Source: Octopus bimaculoides
Taxonomy: Eukaryota
Reading direction: 5' to 3'
Length of the DNA stretch: 64,000 nt
Assembly (NCBI RefSeq): GCF_001194135.2
Contig: NC_068990.1
Coordinates: forward strand, 56,207,524 to 56,271,523
The notes under the pieces were generated by a model, which was given only the letters and a program-made list of their open reading frames with translations, was not told where the DNA came from and made no database searches. Within the stretch, counting starts at the first letter, position 1; each line of letters begins with the position of its first letter. Below are positions 37,638 through 51,158 of this stretch, piece by piece. The translations under genes were made by a program, and so were the position numbers.

Positions 37638-37946
37638 GTGGAGGCGCAATGGTCCAGTGGTTAGGACAGCGGACTCGCGGTCGGAGGATCGCGGTTTCGA
37701 TTCCCCGACCGGGTGTTGTGAGTGTTTATTGAACGAAAACACCTAAGCTCCACGAGGCTCCGGCAGGGGGTGCTGGCGACCCCTGTTGTACTCTTTCACC
37801 TCAACTTTCTCTCACGCCTTCTTCCTGTTTCTTGAGTAACGCTGCGATGGACTGGCGTCCCGTCCAGCTCGGGAGAACATATACGCCATAGAAACCGGGC
37901 CCATGAGCCTGGCTAGGCTTTGAAAGGGCGCATAAATAAAAAAACA
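37638..37946 (+). mobile_element. Chimeric SINE: family B head plus a different (V/Meta-like) tail
   Basis: First ~180 bp match family B, then GCTGCGATGGACTGGCGTCCCGTCCAG...ATAGAAACCGG; TSD ACAACA(T/C)TGCAAC, 12/13. Confidence 0.8.
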
Positions 37947-37989
37947 ACAACACTGCAACACCAAAACAATACCAACAACAACAATAATC

Positions 37990-38190
37990 TTTTCTACGAT
38001 ACGCACAATGCCTGAAATTTGGATGCAAAGGCTAGTCGACTACATAGACCTCATTGCTCAACTTGTACTTATTTCATCGACCTCAAAAAAGATGAAAAGC
38101 GAAGTCGACCTCGGTGGAATTTGAACTTGGGATGTAAAGATAGAAGAAATTGTGCTAAGTATTTTGTTCACATCATTACCATTCTTTCTT
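37990..38190 (-). mobile_element. SINE family A
   Basis: Reverse consensus. Confidence 0.85.
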
Positions 38191-39164
38191 TGAATAACAA
38201 CTGCAATAATAATAATTTCTGTCTTGGCAATAGTGTTCTGTTTTATATAATGTGGTGTAAGAATTGAGCTGTCATTGGGAATTCTCAAGACACTTTTCCG
38301 TAAAACATATTGTGGAATTTACGGTTCTTGAAGACTTCCTATCAGATCGTCACTCTTGCAGTTTCTAGTAACCATCGATCATTTTTGTCTGTTTCCATTG
38401 AATTCGGCATTATATTGTATATGATATCATTTTAAGGAATATTCTCGGAAACATCATATTCTCGGAATTATTAATTTTGTTGTATATAAAGATCTTTTCT
38501 ATAAGATGCCATTTTTCTGATTCTTCTTATTTTCCCTTTTTTTGTTAATCAATATTCATATTCCCGCTGTCGACTCTTTTCTACAATAGACTTTATAGTC
38601 TCTGAAATGTTTTGGAGCAGTTACGTTGTTATATTATATAAGTGTCATGTTGATATTTTCCTATCAAAACAGTGGATAATGTTTTGGAAAATACGGGAAG
38701 TTGGCGTTTTGGGAGAAAGCGTCAAAGCGTGGAATTAAATGTATTCAATATATATATCTTCGGCATTCTACATTCTAAGATGAAATCTCAACGGTATCCA
38801 AATTCATTTAATCCGTTTGACATGGATAAAATAAGTATTAGTAATACTCTGCTGTCGTTTTAATTGTCCAAACTTTTATTCTTCGTTGTTGTCATCGTTA
38901 CTATTTAGCCTCAAGTCAGCCCTGATCGAAGAAACGTATGGTAAGTACCGTGCCAATGTACTTACGATCACCCGCCTTTTTTTTCCTTTTAGGTGCAGCT
39001 TCTTCCCTAGATTTCATCGCTCACAAGCCTATGAAGATGTATGAAGTGGTAGGAAGGAAAATGGTTTCTCGACTGAAATGCTTAATAGTAGCGATTCCTC
39101 TTATCTCAACTTGAACATCATTAGCATAACTATAGGTTGCAGTGACGGGAATAAAAACAGAGGA

Positions 39165-39390
39165 ATACAAGAACAACAACGGAAACACCACCAACAACAA
39201 TTACAGCAAATATGACAACAACAACAACAACAACAGCAATAACAGTAATAGCAACAACAGCAGCAACAACAACAACAACCCCAGCAGCGACAGCAATAAC
39301 AAGAGCGAAGTCAGCAGCATCAACAACTTCAACAACAGTTGCAGCAGTAACAACAATAACAACGGCGGCAGCAATAGCAGCAATAATGAG
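39165..39390. repeat. (CAA/CAG)n trinucleotide low-complexity tract
   Basis: Direct reading. Confidence 0.9.
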
Positions 39391-39449
39391 GCCGGCAAAT
39401 GTAGTCGTGTGGCGACTCCATGGACAGGCAATCTCTTACTCGCATGGCG

Positions 39450-40090
39450 GTGAAGTCAGCACAATACTTCTCATTCTTCCTAAAGAATAAGGAGGAACAG
39501 CTAACGGAAGGAGAGCACAATTTGCAATCCCAGCTGAGGTTTTTTGAAGTAACCGTCTGAAACAACTGTGCTGTACTGCTGTGTTCGGCTAAAACCCGAT
39601 GCCTAGAGGCAGCCACATATACCCTCAAACATATATAGGTAGACATAAAACATGTAACCAAGAAAGGCAGTTAAGGATCAAGGAGACCCTTTTCAAACGT
39701 GAAGCTTTCTCGCTGGGGCACTCAATAGTTCCCATATGCGACAGAGAGATCATCATTTGCCCAAAATATATGAGAAGAAAGACCTGTCGCATTAATACGG
39801 CGAAGTTTTGCAGGGTTGGACCAGATAATGTTGGGATGTGTTGTTTTGAAGGGCAGTAACACTTTTCCTGACGAAAAACAAATGGAAAAGGAGTTTTGGT
39901 TTGGGACCACGTGAAGCGGGAAAGATCCCTGACCTTACCAAACTATCTAATTGTGTGGGGATGCATGCTACAGTTGAAATCAGAAGGCCTAGATATTATC
40001 GTGCAGTGCTGAAAAAGTCACTTAAGTGTTTTCTGTCCCGAACAAAAAGACTGGGTAGAGGAGGTCCCCACAACTGCAGACGTCGCAATC
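39450..40090 (+). mobile_element. Degenerate LINE ORF1, copy 2 (inverted relative to copy 1)
   Basis: GGTAGACATAAAACATGTAACCAAGAAAGGCAGTTAAGGA and GCATGCTACAGTTGAAATCAGAAGGCCTAGA align to the reverse complement of ~35100-35480. Confidence 0.6.
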
Positions 40091-40384
40091 CCAACAACAG
40101 CAGCGTACATCACTAACAGCAGCCGCGAAGAGAACAAGAACAGCAACATCAATCCCAAACCAACAGCAGTAGGAATAGCAGTAACAACAACACAAACAAC
40201 TGCAGCTGCACTTATGACAACAACAGTACCAGCACCAGCAACAACGGCAACAGCAACAATGACGCTAACAACAAAACCCAAACCGACAACCTGGGAATCC
40301 ACATTGCTCTCTTACTCCCCACTCTTTCCACTTCTTTCGTACTCAATCAAAGACGTAGACGTACACGAAAACACACTTTCACTC

Positions 40385-40965
40385 CCCACCCGGATCGGAT
40401 TTCTTTTATCTCTTATCCATTACTTGTTCCAGTCATTGGAATGCGGCCATGCTGGGGAACCGCCTTGAAGGGCTTAGTCGAATAAAACAACCAGTCCTCA
40501 ATACTTATTTTTTTTTAAAGCCTGGTACTTATTCTATTATTCTATCAAATGAACCTCGGTTGTCAAGCGGTGGTGGCGGACTAAAACAGATACTACTAAA
40601 AGATAAAAGATATGTGGTTGTGTGGTAAGAAGCTTACTTCCCAACCACACAGTTTCGGGTTAAGTGTGGCACCCTAGGCAAGTCTCTTCTACTATAGCCT
40701 GGGCTAACCAAAGCCTTGTGAGTGGATTTGATTGACGGAAACTGAAAGAAGTCCGCTGTATTTACATATGTATATATCTGTGTATCTGTATTTGTGCCCC
40801 TCCTCAACATCACCGCTTGAGAATCGGTTCGGCAAAAGAAATCGATTAATTAAGTGGAGGCTTAAAAATAAGTCCTGGAGTCGATTTGTTCGACTAAGAT
40901 CCTTCAAGGTAGTGCTCCAGCATGAACGCTGTTAAATGACTGAAAAAATAAAAGAATAAGAGAAT
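40385..40965. mobile_element. Two SINE family C copies in opposite orientation (minus 3' half 40385-40580; plus 40610-40965)
   Basis: Consensus matches on both strands. Confidence 0.85.
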
Positions 40966-41072
40966 ATATATACATATGGGTGAAGATGGAAAAGAATTGC
41001 GCAATCGAGACGAAATTGAAAGAGCATTATGACCAGCAGTGTACACAACATCTAATGGTCTGGTCGATACTG

Positions 41073-41188
<116 letters not shown>

Positions 41189-42396
41189 CGGACTTCTTTT
41201 AGTTTCTGTCTATCAAATCCACTCACAAGGCTTTCAACAGTCTTTGTGTGGTGATTCTAACGGCTGAAAATAGTAGCTAAATATTCCTTAAATCACAACA
41301 TTATACATTGCCTTAAAAGACACATTGCATACCGAAATTACAGACAGCATTATGCTTGAACACAAAATGGGAGGGTATCGACTGGAATATCGTTAATAAG
41401 TTTGTTTTGCTAAAGCAGCACGAGAGCTAAACAAAAACAAACAATCTGAGATTTATGGTGCGTTACCTAATTTGTAGCGCGTACTTATGGTGACATCTAC
41501 ATATTGATAGAAACACATTGTATAGCTGACTGGTTTGGACTGATGAAATCCAAGTAGGTTGAGATCGTGATATCTCGGTTGTCAGAGGCATACACCCATT
41601 ATGGGCGTTTTAAGATCAAAATTATTGTAGCGCAAGATGAAATATATTTTTATAGTCAAAATTAATAAGAAAACAAGAGAAACAAGAACAGTGTTAGATG
41701 TCAATAATTCAAACGCGACTGAAAAAGTTAAAATTTCTGTTGTTGAAAGTAAGAAAAAAATGCAATCAGCATTCTTAAATCATAAATAATTGGAGCCTGG
41801 AGGCAGAAATTGGAAATCTTCGTGTTGTTGTGTACGCAAAGGTCTGTAAATTCAATGTAGATATCACTGATGATCTAATACTTCATGCTGATACTTTGTT
41901 GATATTGCATGCAAGAGAAATCGTTAAAACAACCCATTTTCAAACGCTTGTTTGTTTTTTCTTTTCTCTCTTGATACGGATGAATTGCTGCGACTTATGT
42001 TTTTACAAGGCGTGTTTGCAATTAAACTTAATACCATTCAAGCAAAGAAAAAGTGCTCGAGACATAAAGATTATTTATCTGGATTTTACAGGTTCACTGA
42101 ATAGGATTAAACCCTATAGGTATAGGTAAATCAAAACTAGCATCTTGGGACGTTTTTCGTTATTCGATATTCATTACTTTTGGTTCGGTGACAACATGAA
42201 GCAAAAATAATATAATTCAACTCTCTAATTTTTTTCAAACCAATGGAGAATAATTTACTACATTGTATTATTCTATTATTATTCGTATTAAATATCATTC
42301 CATATGTCTATGTATGTATGTAGATGTCTGTGTATATATATACATATATATATATATAGTATATGTACTTTATTATTTATACATGTGTATTATGTC

Positions 42397-42446
<50 letters not shown>

Positions 42447-43764
42447 AAGTTTAATAATGTATCAACCCGAAAATGAGCATTTGACCTCTAGTTGGTAAAA
42501 GAAGTATGGTTTACGAGCCAGTAATATCTAAAGCAGTACAACAAAGTTTCATACAGTACAAGCACACGAGGTACTAGTAATTTCCGGTTACTAGGCTTTA
42601 GATCAATCTGATTGGCACTTCGGCTTAACTTAAAGTTAGGAAAATAATGTTACGTATAAACGATCGCTTCAGGATTTAGAATTCAGAAACAAGTCGAAAC
42701 AAAATAGATTGATATATTTATTCTAGTGCTCTGTTAGCGGTTATCTCCAACACCATTTATACCTGAGAACAACAAATTTTATATATAGTTTATGCGTTTT
42801 TATATTGAACAGTACATTAAGTAAAACAGATATTTTTACCGTGGAATTCAGATAATGGTCTGAAAATTACCCGCAGAGCGAAGAAAAAAATTATTATCTT
42901 GGCATTTGCTTTTTTTTTTCCGCTGATTTCATGCTTAAACAAAATATGAAGGAATAAATAAATATACATGGTAGCTGTAATAAATCTTGTACACGTGACC
43001 TTAAAATGCTATATTCCGACATAGACTATCGGGTTTCAATTAGAAAAATAACAATATTTATTTTAAGAATGATTACTTTTCCTGTGATTTTTGTGTCTTT
43101 ACATTTCTCTTGTTTCCTTTGAGTTAAAAAAGAAGGAAAACAAGTGAGAAAATATGAGAATAGTATCAAATACATATTTCTCATAAATATAGGGCGATGC
43201 ACTCACTCCAGTGCAGACAAATAATCATTTTTGCTTTTATACTGAAATTTGGAAGTGAGTTATCTAAGATGCTAACAAGGTTTCTTAGTACTATGCAGTA
43301 AAAAGCAAATAGTCGAGTTCGTTAGTATGATGTAAGGATAAGAAATATCTAACGTTTTGGCAAGAACTATTATTTTTTTCTCACGAAGCACGCACGCGCA
43401 AAAAAACAGAAATCTTCTAATTTTTGTATTTATTTTTATTGCCTTTTGCAGACACTGAATATGAGCGATTATATTAAACATTCAGAATACAAAGTTCAGA
43501 AGAAATGGATTCATTTCCTATTTAGTTATCTCTTTACGAGTGACCAACCTTATTGAGTATTATTTTCTGTAGGAGAGATGGGTGGACAGTGATTTATATC
43601 GAGCCCTAGTTCTCGATGAAAATGATTGAACCGACCCTATTCGAATGAAGAAATGAAGACCTCGGTGGGATCCGAATTTAAAATGCAAGGCTCGTAACAA
43701 AATACCACAAGCGATTTTGTGAAGTGTTCTAATATTTCTATCAACCCATCGTCCGGAGACATCT

Positions 43765-44170
43765 TTTCTTTTTTTGATGTTTCATTAATTGCTTCAGTCA
43801 CTAGTTTGCATGTTGGGGCACAGCTTTGGAGAATTTTTAGTCGAATAAATCGACCCCAATACTTTTTTTAAAGCCTGATATTTATTCTATAGGTTTACTT
43901 TTGCCGAACCACTAAAATATACGGGGACGTAAACACACCATTACCGGTTGTCAAGCGGTAGCGGGGGACAAGCACAGACATAAAGACACGCACGTATAGA
44001 TAGATACATACATACATACGTGCATATACATTGTTTCAGTTTACGTCTCTGAAATCCACTCACAAGGCTTTGGTCGGCTCGCGGCTATAGAAGAAACTTA
44101 CCCAAGGTGTCAGGCAGTAGGATGGACCCTGAACCATGTGGTTGGGAAGCAAACTTCTTATCACACAGCC
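43765..44170 (-). mobile_element. SINE family C (partly duplicated by an assembly overlap at 44319-44535)
   Basis: Reverse consensus. Confidence 0.85.
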
Positions 44171-45179
44171 ACGTCTGAACCTATATTAATTTCTGACCTG
44201 TTAAGAGGTGAGTTGACAGAATTGGTACAATGTAAACAAGATTTTTAAAAAATGGTCTGGCGGTAGTTTTCAAGTTCTTTACGTTCTGAGTGCAAGTCCT
44301 GCTGAAGTNNNNNNNNNNACGTAAACACACCATTACCGGTTGTCAAGCGGTAGCGGGGGACAAGCACAGACATAAAGACACGCACGTATAGATAGATACA
44401 TACATACATACGTGCATATACATTGTTTCAGTTTACGTCTCTGAAATCCACTCACAAGGCTTTGGTCGGCTCGCGGCTATAGAAGAAACTTACCCAAGGT
44501 GTCAGGCAGTAGGATGGACCCTGAACCATGTGGTTNNNNNNNNNNNNNNNNNNNNNNNNNNNNNNNNNNNNNNNNNNNNNNNNNNNNNNNNNNNNNNNNN
44601 NNNNNNNGGTGAGTTGACAGAATTGGTACAATGTAAACAAGATTTTTAAAAAATGGTCTGGCGGTAGTTTTCAAGTTCTTTACGTTCTGAGTGCAAGTCC
44701 TGCTGAAGTCTGCTTTGCCTTTCATCTCTCAGGGATCGATAACTTAGTACCAGTAAAATACTAGGGTCAACAGTACAAACTAATCTTTTCTCTTTAAAAT
44801 TGCGAGTCTTTTATCTGAATCAGAAACCTTTATTTTCTGTTCTGTTCTGGCATTTCTCGAGGCATTAGTTCTTTTAAGAGATGTTACTAGCCTCTCGTTC
44901 AAATTTTCCCTATTTCTGGAGAAAGAGACGCCTTGAATGATTCCTCACGGCCTCTCCCTCAGATGGAGAGATCACTTGATCTCAGTTCTTGACTTGAACT
45001 TAATTATCGTTTCTGAAAATACGCAAAATGTAAACCCCATTGGAATTCGAATTCAGAAACAAAGACAAATACTGCAGGATCCGATGCTCTAATGACATCT
45101 AGTACTGCATCTGCTTACATATCTTATTAAAATTTACATATCTGAAGAATGCATGAACGAGAACTTGATAAATAATCTT

Positions 45180-45540
45180 TTCTACCATAGACACAAGGCC
45201 TAGAATTTGTGGGGAGGGAGCATTTGAAATCAGAACGTAGCGACGGGCGAAATACCGCTAAGCATTTCGTCCAGCGTGCTAACGACTCCACCAGCTCACT
45301 GCCTTTAGAAATTGATAAATAATAAGTTATTATTAATGCGGCGAACTGGCAGAATCGTTAGCGTGCCGAGCAAAGTGCTTACTGGCATTTCGTCCGGTTT
45401 CACGTTCTGAGTTCAAATTCCGCCGAGTTCGACTTTGATTTCATCATTTCGGGGCCGATGAAATAAGTACCATTTGATGTTGATGTAATAACCTTACCAC
45501 CTACCTCAAAATTGTTGACCTTGTACCAAAATTTAAAACC
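45180..45540. mobile_element. Head-to-head SINE family A pair (minus 45180-45305, plus 45337-45540)
   Basis: Consensus matches on both strands. Confidence 0.85.
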
Positions 45541-45829
45541 GATTATTTACTATGCATTGGCAAATGTCAAAAATATGCTATAAATTGAAGCAAGACTATA
45601 TATAGTTTATCGATATTGAATGAATTGAAAGCAAAGATGACTCCATGAAAATTCAATCTCGAAAATGTAAAAGTGCACAACTAAATGGTTTAGCCAGGCT
45701 CTCCACTGTTTCTGTGTCTCCATCGTTTTGCGAAATATAAAATATATAATAAATTCATTTAACTTGATATTAATATATAATTTAACCCATAAAAGTTGCT
45801 CAACTAGAATAGCTAGAAACAAACGCTAA

Positions 45830-46010
45830 TCAACTTTATGGAAATAACAGCCAAACTTCTCTCAACTCACTCTCACGCCGCCTTAATAAAAGAGACAGAT
45901 TAGGTAACGTGCTGCTAGCTACCCCAGAAAGATGAGATAGAGGAATAGGCCGATGATAAAAGCCGAAATACTTTTTCTTATAAGTCTGCTCAATCAAGAT
46001 TAATGGGAAG
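45830..46010 (+). mobile_element. Representative fragment of an older dispersed repeat (family E); related fragments near 9150-9370, 28090, 29480, 31190, 38880, 41250, 49380, 58800
   Basis: Shared motifs GAAATAACAGCCAAA.CT..CTCAA.TCAC and CTGCTC(A/G)ATCA(A/G). Confidence 0.5.
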
Positions 46011-46024
46011 CTAAAATTAATTGA

Positions 46025-46265
46025 TTTGCTACTTAAGAAAAATAATCCTTTCTACTATAGGTACAAGGCCAGTAAGTTCGAGGAAAGGATAAGTAAATTA
46101 CCTCGACCCCAGTACTCAACTGGTACTTATTTTACCACCCATGAAGGATGAAAGGATGAAAGGACAAGACGTCCTCAGCGAAGTTTGAACTCAGAACGTA
46201 ATGACGGACGAAATGCCGCTAAACATTTAGCCGAGCGTTCTAATTTTTCGGTCAGCTCACCGTCT
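46025..46265 (-). mobile_element. SINE family A
   Basis: Reverse consensus with small internal duplication GAAGGATGAAAGGATGAAAGG. Confidence 0.9.
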
Positions 46266-47378
46266 TATTTAATAAAAATAATGTAACGCGATTTAAAATA
46301 AGTTTGTGTGGTGCTTTTGAGTTTCTCAAAAGAATTAGTGACGCACGAGAAGAGTATCGGCTTTAAGTGGGAAGCAGTTCAAAGATTCTATAGCTCTCAT
46401 TAATCAGATGTTGAATTCTAGATTCTAATATCTGGCATGTCGTTTGATTCGAAAATCAGAAATCTGACAGACACTTTCTTGCAATTTACAAAACAGATGA
46501 AAATTAAATTATAGAAAATGCTATGGCTAATCAAAAGCGCATGATGTCTTGGGGAGCATGACGGTCATGGGTGACTATGAGGGTAGGAGTGTAAGACATT
46601 ATCAGCGTGTAGTTAACGAATCCTATCTTGTCCCCAGTGCTGTGATTTGATCATGAGTATGACGATTCTATGTGGCACGAGATAGCTTGCGTTAAGTGTG
46701 TACTAAAGTTTGGAGTCTAGTTTGTTTTATGGTCACGGCTATAGACTATGTTGCAGCACCACCTATATGCTTACACGATAAGAATACCTGACAATATGGA
46801 TTTATTCTTAGTTGTATTATTACCATTTTAGTAGAAGAACTGATAGCAAGACATATATAGAAAAGAACTAAGCATCTAGTGGGACAACCTTGGTTGTATT
46901 ATCGGTTGAAAGAATTCTCTATCGCGTACTGTTGTAGTACTTATAAACTTAAGTAAAAGACGATCACCAAATAATTTAATTCTCCTTAACTATACATTTA
47001 AGATCTTGTCGCGGGTGGTGCTGCTGTTTTTTAACCTTGCATAACACGGCTGGTCTTGTCTAAGCGGATCTACGGAACTTACGAAGTTATTTAAGCAAAA
47101 TACGATCCACAAATTCCTAAGCGAGGACACACTGTACTTTTCTCTCGGAGAGAACCATGTCGCACATTGTGTAAGACAGTCTAGGCATATAATCTGAAAC
47201 ATCAAGGAACATGTGAGGGGAGAAAGTAGGAAGGTGACGCTTTGAACGCAGATCAAAAGATAAAGATTAAATAATTTTATTTGTCGACGGAAAGACAATC
47301 TTACTCAGAACTGTCTCAATGACAGGATGAAGTTATCTGTTTTAAGTTTCTAAGTGCTTTCCGAAGCATATATACATA

Positions 47379-48776
47379 CAGCAGAGAGGACGGACGTTTT
47401 TTAAAATGGCTATTTCTCAGCCCCAACGGGAGGGACACATGCCCGACAGGTACCATTCGGTTTGTGGTGTCTTACTATTTTTTTCTTTTCGGGTGAAGCC
47501 ATGGCGCTCTGGACGATAGAGCATCGAGTGTTTGCCTACGATAGTTACGTGAAGAATAACGAGTCTGTCGCAAGAGTTCAGCGTCAGTTTCGGCGCCACT
47601 TCAACATTCACCGAAATCAGACTGTTCCCACCCGTAACATAATCTTACGTTGGGTGAATGCACTTCGTACACAAGGTACATTAATGAACAGAAGATGGTG
47701 GGGGCGCCACGAAGGGTACGGACCCCGGAAAATGTGGAACACGTCAGACAAGCTTTGATACGGAATCCGAATCGCCCTGCTCGGAGGAATTCCACTGAAC
47801 TTGGCATCGGTAATCGATCGGTAAGCGTATTTTGCATGAAAACCTGCATTTCCACCCGTACAAATTGGTCATTGGGCAACAGTTGAAACCATGGGACTAT
47901 GCACAGCAGTTTAACTCCGCTCGTCAGATGGAAGCAATTTTTGAGGCAAATGACAACCTCATTTTGTTAATGAGTCATGGAGCTCATTTTCAACTCAGTG
48001 GCATGGTGAATCAACAGAACTGTCGTTATTGGGCTCTTGCAAAATTCGAGAGAACTGCACGAAAGACCACTGCATATCCCAAAAGTGACGGTCTGGTGTG
48101 CTGATGGAAAAGCTGTCGTCATTGGTCCTTACTGTTTTGAAGACAACAATAGAAATGCTGTTACTGTGAACCCCGAGCATTACATTGAGATGATAAACAC
48201 CTTCTTTGTGCCTGAATTACGACGAAAACGTATGCATATTTGGCGTGTGTAGTTTCAGCAGGATGGGGTGACGGCCCACAGAGCCAAAGCATCAATGGAC
48301 GTTCTTCTCCCTCTCTTCGGTGACCGCCTCATCTTTGTTGACATTCCTTGTTGCTGACATTCCTTGTTTGCTAACATTCCTTGGCATCTTCGGTTCCCTG
48401 ATTTGTCCATGTGTGATTATTTCTTGTGGGGAAATCACAAGGCAGGCGTGTATACGCATAGACCCGTACATTTGACGATTTGAAAGAAGCTGTTCGCGTA
48501 GAAGTCGCCCAGATCGACAAAGTAATGTTGGAGAGAGTGCCTTCAGAAATGCATCAATTAAAACGGACATCACCTGATGGATGTTGTTTTCCATACTTCA
48601 TTGCCTTCAGAAATGTATCAACGAAAAGGGTCATCACAAGATGGATGTTGTTTTCTACACTTGATTTTGACAAATGCTAACTCAATACAAACACACTGAT
48701 GGTAATAAAATTTCTTTACAGTTAAAATTAATGATTTTGTGATTTTTCAAAAATGTGTGTCCTCTGTCCTACCCTG
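47379..48776 (+). mobile_element. Near full-length mariner-like transposon (DD41D/rosa type), ~1.4 kb
   Basis: TA..TA flanks; right end CCTCTGTCCTACCCTG|TA, left end degenerate TA|CAGCAGAGAGGAC; internal transposase. Confidence 0.85.
47501..48600 (+). pseudogene. DD41D-type transposase pseudogene (several frameshifts and stops)
   Basis: MALWTIEHRVFAYDSY...RQFRRHFN...ILRWV (HTH); LMSHGAHFQLSGMVNQQNCRYW; KVTVWC..VIGPYCFE; FQQDGVTAH; PDLSMCDYFLWG. Confidence 0.9.
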
Positions 48777-49628
48777 TAACACAAATAACTCTCTCATTCA
48801 TAAGTCCAAGTTTCCTAAACACGCAAACAAGTGCCTAATTCTTCGGATACCAGTGAGGAACGAATTGTCAGTCACGTTTGAATAGGAAGGCAGTTCCTTA
48901 TAGGTCGTTGGCGATACATAAGGGACCAACTTTCAAGCCATCACTTCAATCTTAGTGAGCAATGACGAATTAGATACGTATTTGCATTTCTCTCAAACTG
49001 AGTAATGGTTGTCGAGGCGATAACTGCTAACTTACAAATATAAGCTCTATATAACTATTGAATGTTCTTTTCTTTCTACGTCTGCCTATTAAAACGTGCA
49101 TACGCGGTGCACACACTATTTATGAGACGGGTATTTAAAAGATTAGCAAGTAGATATGTTAGTAAGCAGAAATTTAACCCAATAGAGCTTACAAACACAC
49201 ACGGGTGCTAATCTTTTGTGTGATCCAGATTTTGGCGGAAAATTCACAATTTCTGTACGCCATTGTCTGATGCCAACAAAACGGCTGAGAGAAAATATCT
49301 CAGGGAACGCTCTATGTACTAAATACAAAGGCGCAATATAGTATCACCTATTTAATATATTAGTTTACGAAGCTTTTGATAAATTGAGATTGTTCATGCG
49401 AATAGTAGACCACAAATCTCCTTCCAGGAATATCGAAATTCTAAAAAAATTGGAAGACAATTTCAGTAAAATTAATTTACCGAAAGCTTGGAACGGTCTT
49501 ATGAGGTAGCTTCAGAAAAGCTTATTCTACACGGTCTGTACGATCAGCTCAATATTAAAATAAGATCTTACCATATTTGTGCTGCATACCCAGGAACATT
49601 TGCTAAAGTATTTTCTTTCAGTTCATAT

Positions 49629-49646
49629 TGATGATGATGATGATGA

Positions 49647-49705
<59 letters not shown>

Positions 49706-49720
49706 ATCTATCTATCTATC
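49629..49720. repeat. (GAT)n(TATC)n microsatellite
   Basis: Direct reading. Confidence 0.95.
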
Positions 49721-49963
49721 TACGTATATATAACCGGTGTGTGGTACATTCGTACATACATGACGCAAAGATATGCACGAACATACATATATATGCATAT
49801 ATATGTATGTATTTATATGTGTTTGTATATATGTATACATATGTATACAGTCGGGGAGACAATATAACCATTTGTTATTTACATATGAAAGAATTACATT
49901 AGGTTCTAAGTTATGTAGTGTTATAAGGTATTGAGTATCATTTATTAGCGTGCGATTTGCGAA

Positions 49964-50015
49964 GACATTCTCTCACACATTGACATTCTCTCACACATTG
50001 ACATTCTCTCACACA
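49964..50015. repeat. 18-bp tandem repeat x~3 (GACATTCTCTCACACATT)
   Basis: Direct reading. Confidence 0.9.
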
Positions 50016-50158
50016 CTCCCGCTTTGGACAAGTTCTTGTATTATATATTTATGACTTGTCATTTTTACTTAGTAGCTTACTTCTCTTGTTCATTCGAAAG
50101 CAATAACTCATTTTATACTTTAGATTTTAGATGATGTTAACATAATATACACATGCAT

Positions 50159-50189
<31 letters not shown>

Positions 50190-50634
50190 AACACACGCAC
50201 ATTTATATACAATTACAAATTCAAATTCACATACGCGGTGAAACTACTGTAAAAGTCACTTCAATAACTGAATAGAGCAAATATTTATTTAATGTATTGT
50301 TTATAGAGCAGCTTATAGAATTTTGTTATTTAAAGTTTCACATTGTTAGCGTATCCTAACGAAATTCTTAGGGAATTCACTAAATTTAGATTGTGAGTGA
50401 TCAGCAGTTTTAACGTTGTATTTTCATATGATGGTTATCCTAAAAATTCTCTAAGGATATAAAAATTCATGTTATAAAATTTTGAAAACTGAACTGTAAT
50501 CAACTCTCAACTGAAATAAAATGTATCCAATGTAATCCGAAATGGTAATCTAGGAGGGTCTGAATTGGTAATAAAGGAGATAATTCTGTAAAGGTATAAG
50601 CGGCCTCTCCTCATCGGCGCAGGGATTAATATAC

Positions 50635-50810
50635 TGATTTCAATTTTTTGCACAAACCCTGCAATTTCAGGGGGAGAGGTAAGTCGATAAGATAGACTCC
50701 AGTGCTCAACTGGTACTTATATAGACCCGAAAGGATGAAAAGCAAAGTCGACCTCAGCGGAAGTTGAACTTAGAAGTAATAACGGGCGAAATGTCACGAA
50801 CGATTTTGCC
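50635..50810 (-). mobile_element. SINE family A
   Basis: Reverse consensus. Confidence 0.85.
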
Positions 50811-50852
50811 TTCATAGGAATTAATATATTAAAAGGTATCATTATTATAACA

Positions 50853-51158
50853 ACATTGTTGTTGTTGGCACTCCGTCGCTTACGACGTCGAGGGTTCCAG
50901 TTGATCCGATCAACGGAACAGCCTGCTCGTGAAATTAACGTGTAAGTGGCTGAGCACTCCACAGACACGTGTACCCTTAACGTAGTTCTCGGGGATATTC
51001 AGCGTGACACAGAGTGTGACAAGGCTGACCCTTTGAATTACAAGTTCAACAGAATCAGGAAGAAAGAATGAGAGAAAGTTGTGGTGGAAGAGTACAGCAG
51101 GGTTCGCCACCATCCCCTGCCAGAGCCTCGTGGAGCTTTAGGTGTTTTCGCTCAATAA
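50853..51158 (-). mobile_element. SINE family B, head lost in N gap
   Basis: TTGTTGTTGTTGGCACTCCGTCGCTTACGACGTCGAGGG... Confidence 0.9.

Noticed and set aside
37639-37715. tRNA gene (also other A-box/B-box heads)
   Set aside because: Continues into SINE body and tail with a TSD; a tRNA-derived SINE head rather than a tRNA gene.
39142-39490. Poly-Asn / poly-Thr / poly-Leu ORFs
   Set aside because: All frames are open only because of the (CAA/CAG)n tract; no domain or splice context.
44319-44710. Direct duplication of ~43928-44308
   Set aside because: Identical sequence bounded by N gaps (one of 10 N): an unmerged contig overlap.
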